From positions 79,915 to 143,914 of the IMG/VR virus record IMGVR_UViG_3300029305_005443: a stretch of 64,000 bases of DNA; one strand, 5' to 3'. Shown piece by piece: positions 61,463-64,000 of this stretch (positions within the stretch are counted from its first letter, which is position 1; each line of letters begins with the position of its first letter). The translations under genes were made by a program, and so were the position numbers. The notes beneath the pieces are model-generated. The model saw nothing but the letters and a program-made list of their open reading frames with translations. It made no database searches and was not told the origin of the DNA. The DNA comes from a virus. Lineage: Duplodnaviria > Caudoviricetes.

Positions 61463-61517
61463 GTAACTATAAATAATATTGTATATATAATATAAATATA
61501 TATATATAAATTTATAT

Positions 61518-61543
61518 AGAGGGGAATATCGCTATTCCCCTCT
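61518..61543. promoter_or_regulatory. Perfect hairpin upstream of the head protease gene
   Basis: AGAGGGGAATA-TCGC-TATTCCCCTCT with no U tail, just after a TTGTATATAT motif. Confidence 0.5.
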
Positions 61544-61590
61544 CAAGGCTCAATAATTTGGTGCATATATAGCACGAGGAATAATAAATA

Positions 61591-63126
61591 ATGCTAGAAA
61601 GTATTCAAAATAATACATTTGAATATGAGAAACTTTCACAAGAAGAGCAGCAAAAAAGAGGCATTCTTGGTAGATTAAAAGGTATTATTGCCGACTATAA
61701 GAATCCAACCAGGAATGGCAGATTGTACGGTCAAAAGTTGTGGGACAAACTGTTTGAAGATCCAATCACTAAAGAAAAGATTGAAAACAGATGTATGTTC
61801 GGTGAAATTGAACACCCACTTACAGACAGGGCTGCTATAGACCCAGAAAAGATTGCTGTTTGCCTTGCAGAAGTTCCAAAGAAAGATTCAAAAGGTCATT
61901 TAGTTGGTATTTTTGATATTCTTAACACTCCTTGTGGAAAGATATTAAAAACACTTCTTGACTATGGAACTACAGTTGGTGTTTCTAGTAGGGGACAAGG
62001 TGATACTTTTACTAATTATGATGGCATAGAAGAAGTTGACCCTGAAACTTATGAATGTACTGGTTGGGATGTTGTTCTCACCCCTGCAGTTAAAGAAGCA
62101 AGAATGAGCTTTGTTACAGAATCAGTTGGTAACAAAACATTAAAAGCCGCTTTAACAGAATCCCTTAATAGTTCAACTGAAACTGACCAGAAAATAATGC
62201 TTGAAGAACTTGATAATTTGGGCATAAAGTTATAGGAAGAAAAATCATCCCAAGAGGGTGTTAATATAGATGCAACAATTGAACCCGAAAAAGCCGACAA
62301 TGACGGAAGTTCGTTAGTAGAGGAATTGCAAACCGCATTAGCAGAGATTCAAAAGTTAGAAACAAAGGTAAGTACTCTTCAAGAGAAATTATCTGTTTGC
62401 TATGCAAAAGAATATGATTACGAAGATGAAATCAATGGTTATAAGAAAACCATTTCAAAGCTTACTGAATCCGTTAAGACTTTAGATCCTCTTAAAAAGC
62501 GGGTGGAATCACTGACAGAAGAATTGAATAGTAAAACTAAAGTATTAGTTGATTCTGACAAAACTGTTAAAGGGCAAGAACAAAAATTAAAGTCCTTAAA
62601 GAAAGAAGCCAGTTTATTAACTGAAAATTTATCTGATAGTAGAAAATTGGTTGAGAATCTTCAAAGTCAATTGGAAAAGAGCAAAAAAGAAGCCTCTTTT
62701 GCTTCTTCTCAATATGAGAAAGAAATAAAAGATCTTAATGAATAGCTTATTGCTTCTAAAAAAGATTCCACTATAAACAATAAAAAATACTCAGATAAAT
62801 TAGAAAGAGCAAATAAACTTGTTGAAAAATACAAAGCAATTGCTAAGGCTTCTGTTAATCGTTATATTGAGTCTCAAGCAATTAAACTTGGTGTTGATGC
62901 AAAAGATATTAAGTCAAGATTAAATGAGAGCTATACTTTCGATGATATTGATAGAATTTGTGAAGACATTCAGGAATATAGGCTCGGGCTCAACAACCTC
63001 CCTTTTAGAGGAGGGTTTAATCCAAACTCAAAAATGAAGATAAAAGAATCAATTGATACCACAGTCCCTCTTAATGAGGATGATATGATAGATGATACTT
63101 TATTGAGTGTTGTCGGATTAAAATAA
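61591..63126 (+). CDS. Prohead core protease (T4 gp21-like) fused to coiled-coil scaffold (511 aa), 2 TAGs
   Basis: NPTRNGRLY, FGEIEHP, ILNTPCGKILK, GVSSRGQG, WDVVLTPAV; heptad coil after TAG 62233. Confidence 0.9.
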
Positions 63127-63150
63127 TAAAAATAAAAGGATATAAATAGA

Positions 63151-63447
63151 ATGGCTACAAAGAATCTTGTCGAAGCTTACAAGAATCGTATCAATGTTGC
63201 TGATGCTTATCATGCTCAGACACACAATGGTCAAAAGATGGATTCTTACAAGAAGCTTCTCATTGCTAACTCTCTTAACAATGTTTCTCGTTTTATGAAC
63301 GAGGCTTTTGAGCAATCTGCTGGTACACAACGCGCTGCCCTCGGCGATTATAAGCGTTTCTGCCTTACACTTACCACTCTTGCTCTTCCAAATATGATTG
63401 CTCCAGAAATCGTGCTTACAGTCCCAATGGCTTCAAGAACAGGATAT
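63151..63447 (+). CDS. Major capsid protein (T4 gp23-like), exon 1
   Basis: Follows protease/scaffold; LPNMIAPEIVLTVPMASRTGY resembles gp23 PNLIA..VQPM..PTG; interrupted by intron. Confidence 0.85.
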
Positions 63448-64000
63448 AAAATGTAATGTATCCCTAATATGGTAACATATTAGAAAATAACCTTGTTAAT
63501 TGCTGGAAACTCCGAAAGGACAATCAGCAGCCAAGCCCCAAAACTGGGGAAGGTTCAACGACTATCGAAAGCATAGCATTGAAGAAATATCAATGTGAAG
63601 AAGTGAGTAGAGTAGGGGTTCGCTCCGAAAGACAAGGCATCCAATAAAGGTTAAAACAATGTTGGATGATAATATAGTCTGAACATTATAGAAATATAGT
63701 GAGTTTGGCATTACTAATGAATAGCCTACTTCTGCATCCATAAGTGCAGATTTTATCCAAATCAATTCAATCTTTTATGGAGGATTATATGACAAAAGAA
63801 TAGAAGTGTTCTGAATCGCAATTAGGAAGAGTTGTGATCCACAAGGGTGACTTTGAAAAAAGGGTGCTTCCTTAGGAATTAGATACATATTTCTCTAATG
63901 GATGGTTGACGGGTGTCTCAGAAAAACATCGTAAAAGTAGGTCTAATAGGAAGGGAAGTTGCAATGGAAAAAACAAAATCTTCAAAGAAGATGTCATTAA
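63448..64000 (+). mobile_element. Group I self-splicing intron (3' end beyond window)
   Basis: P1 GGATAT/GTATCC with U.G splice pair; P AATTGCTGGAAAC, Q AATCAGCAG, R GTTCAACGACTA, S AATATAGTCT; P3 CCTTGTT/GACAAGG; P8 CATCCAATA/TGTTGGATG. Confidence 0.92.
63789..64000 (+). CDS. Intron-encoded putative homing endonuclease, 3' partial, 2 TAGs
   Basis: GGAGG RBS; MTKE[TAG]KCSESQLGRVVIHKGDFEKRVLP[TAG]ELDTYFSNGW resembles NUMOD-type DNA-binding modules; nuclease domain not in window. Confidence 0.65.

Noticed and set aside
61470-61520. AT-repeat palindromic run as a replication origin
   Set aside because: Short, no iterons or replication genes nearby; better explained as a promoter region
23331-63126. 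Fragmented structural genes as pseudogenes of a decayed prophage
   Set aside because: Breaks are almost exclusively TAG, frames are preserved and TAG aligns with Gln; decay would also give TAA, TGA and frameshifts
794-63765. Minus-strand ORFs in the track (for example 12132-12824, 19733-20227, 36332-36880, 11480-11731)
   Set aside because: All are shadows of + strand genes, tRNAs or the intron, with no recognisable motifs

Overview
Segment of a large tailed phage genome with T4-like head genes (terminase, gp20-like portal, gp21-like protease fused to scaffold, gp23-like capsid), almost entirely coded on the + strand. The host is probably a Firmicutes/Clostridia-type gut or rumen bacterium (inferred from AGGAGG RBSs, sigmaA-type promoters and NlpC/SH3b lysins). 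The phage reads TAG as Gln (genetic code 15): most fragments in the supplied ORF track join into long genes across in-frame TAGs, and TAG aligns with Gln in internal repeats and at conserved catalytic positions. Layout: 1-11.7 kb early/accessory small genes (modular Zn-ribbon/DUF551-like paralogue array, DUF932); 11.8-17.4 kb RNA island with 12 tRNAs (including an unusual amber CTA suppressor), a DRB0094-type RNA ligase, a TROVE/vWA-like DUF2828 protein and a ~550-nt structured region; 17.5-23.3 kb acidic putative internal head proteins; 23.3-61.5 kb fibre/adhesin, glycosyltransferase, methyltransferase, peptidase, packaging and lysis genes; 61.6-64 kb protease-scaffold and a major capsid gene interrupted by a group I intron whose ORF is also TAG-recoded. 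Best candidate for an undescribed system: the Ro60-like DUF2828 gene is flanked by seven small RNAs sharing a covarying 7-bp stem + NNN + CAGCA(A) motif; one carries a circularly permuted YrlA-like tRNA domain and three carry tRNA anticodon stem-loop mimics. All family assignments are from motif recognition by eye, not database searches.
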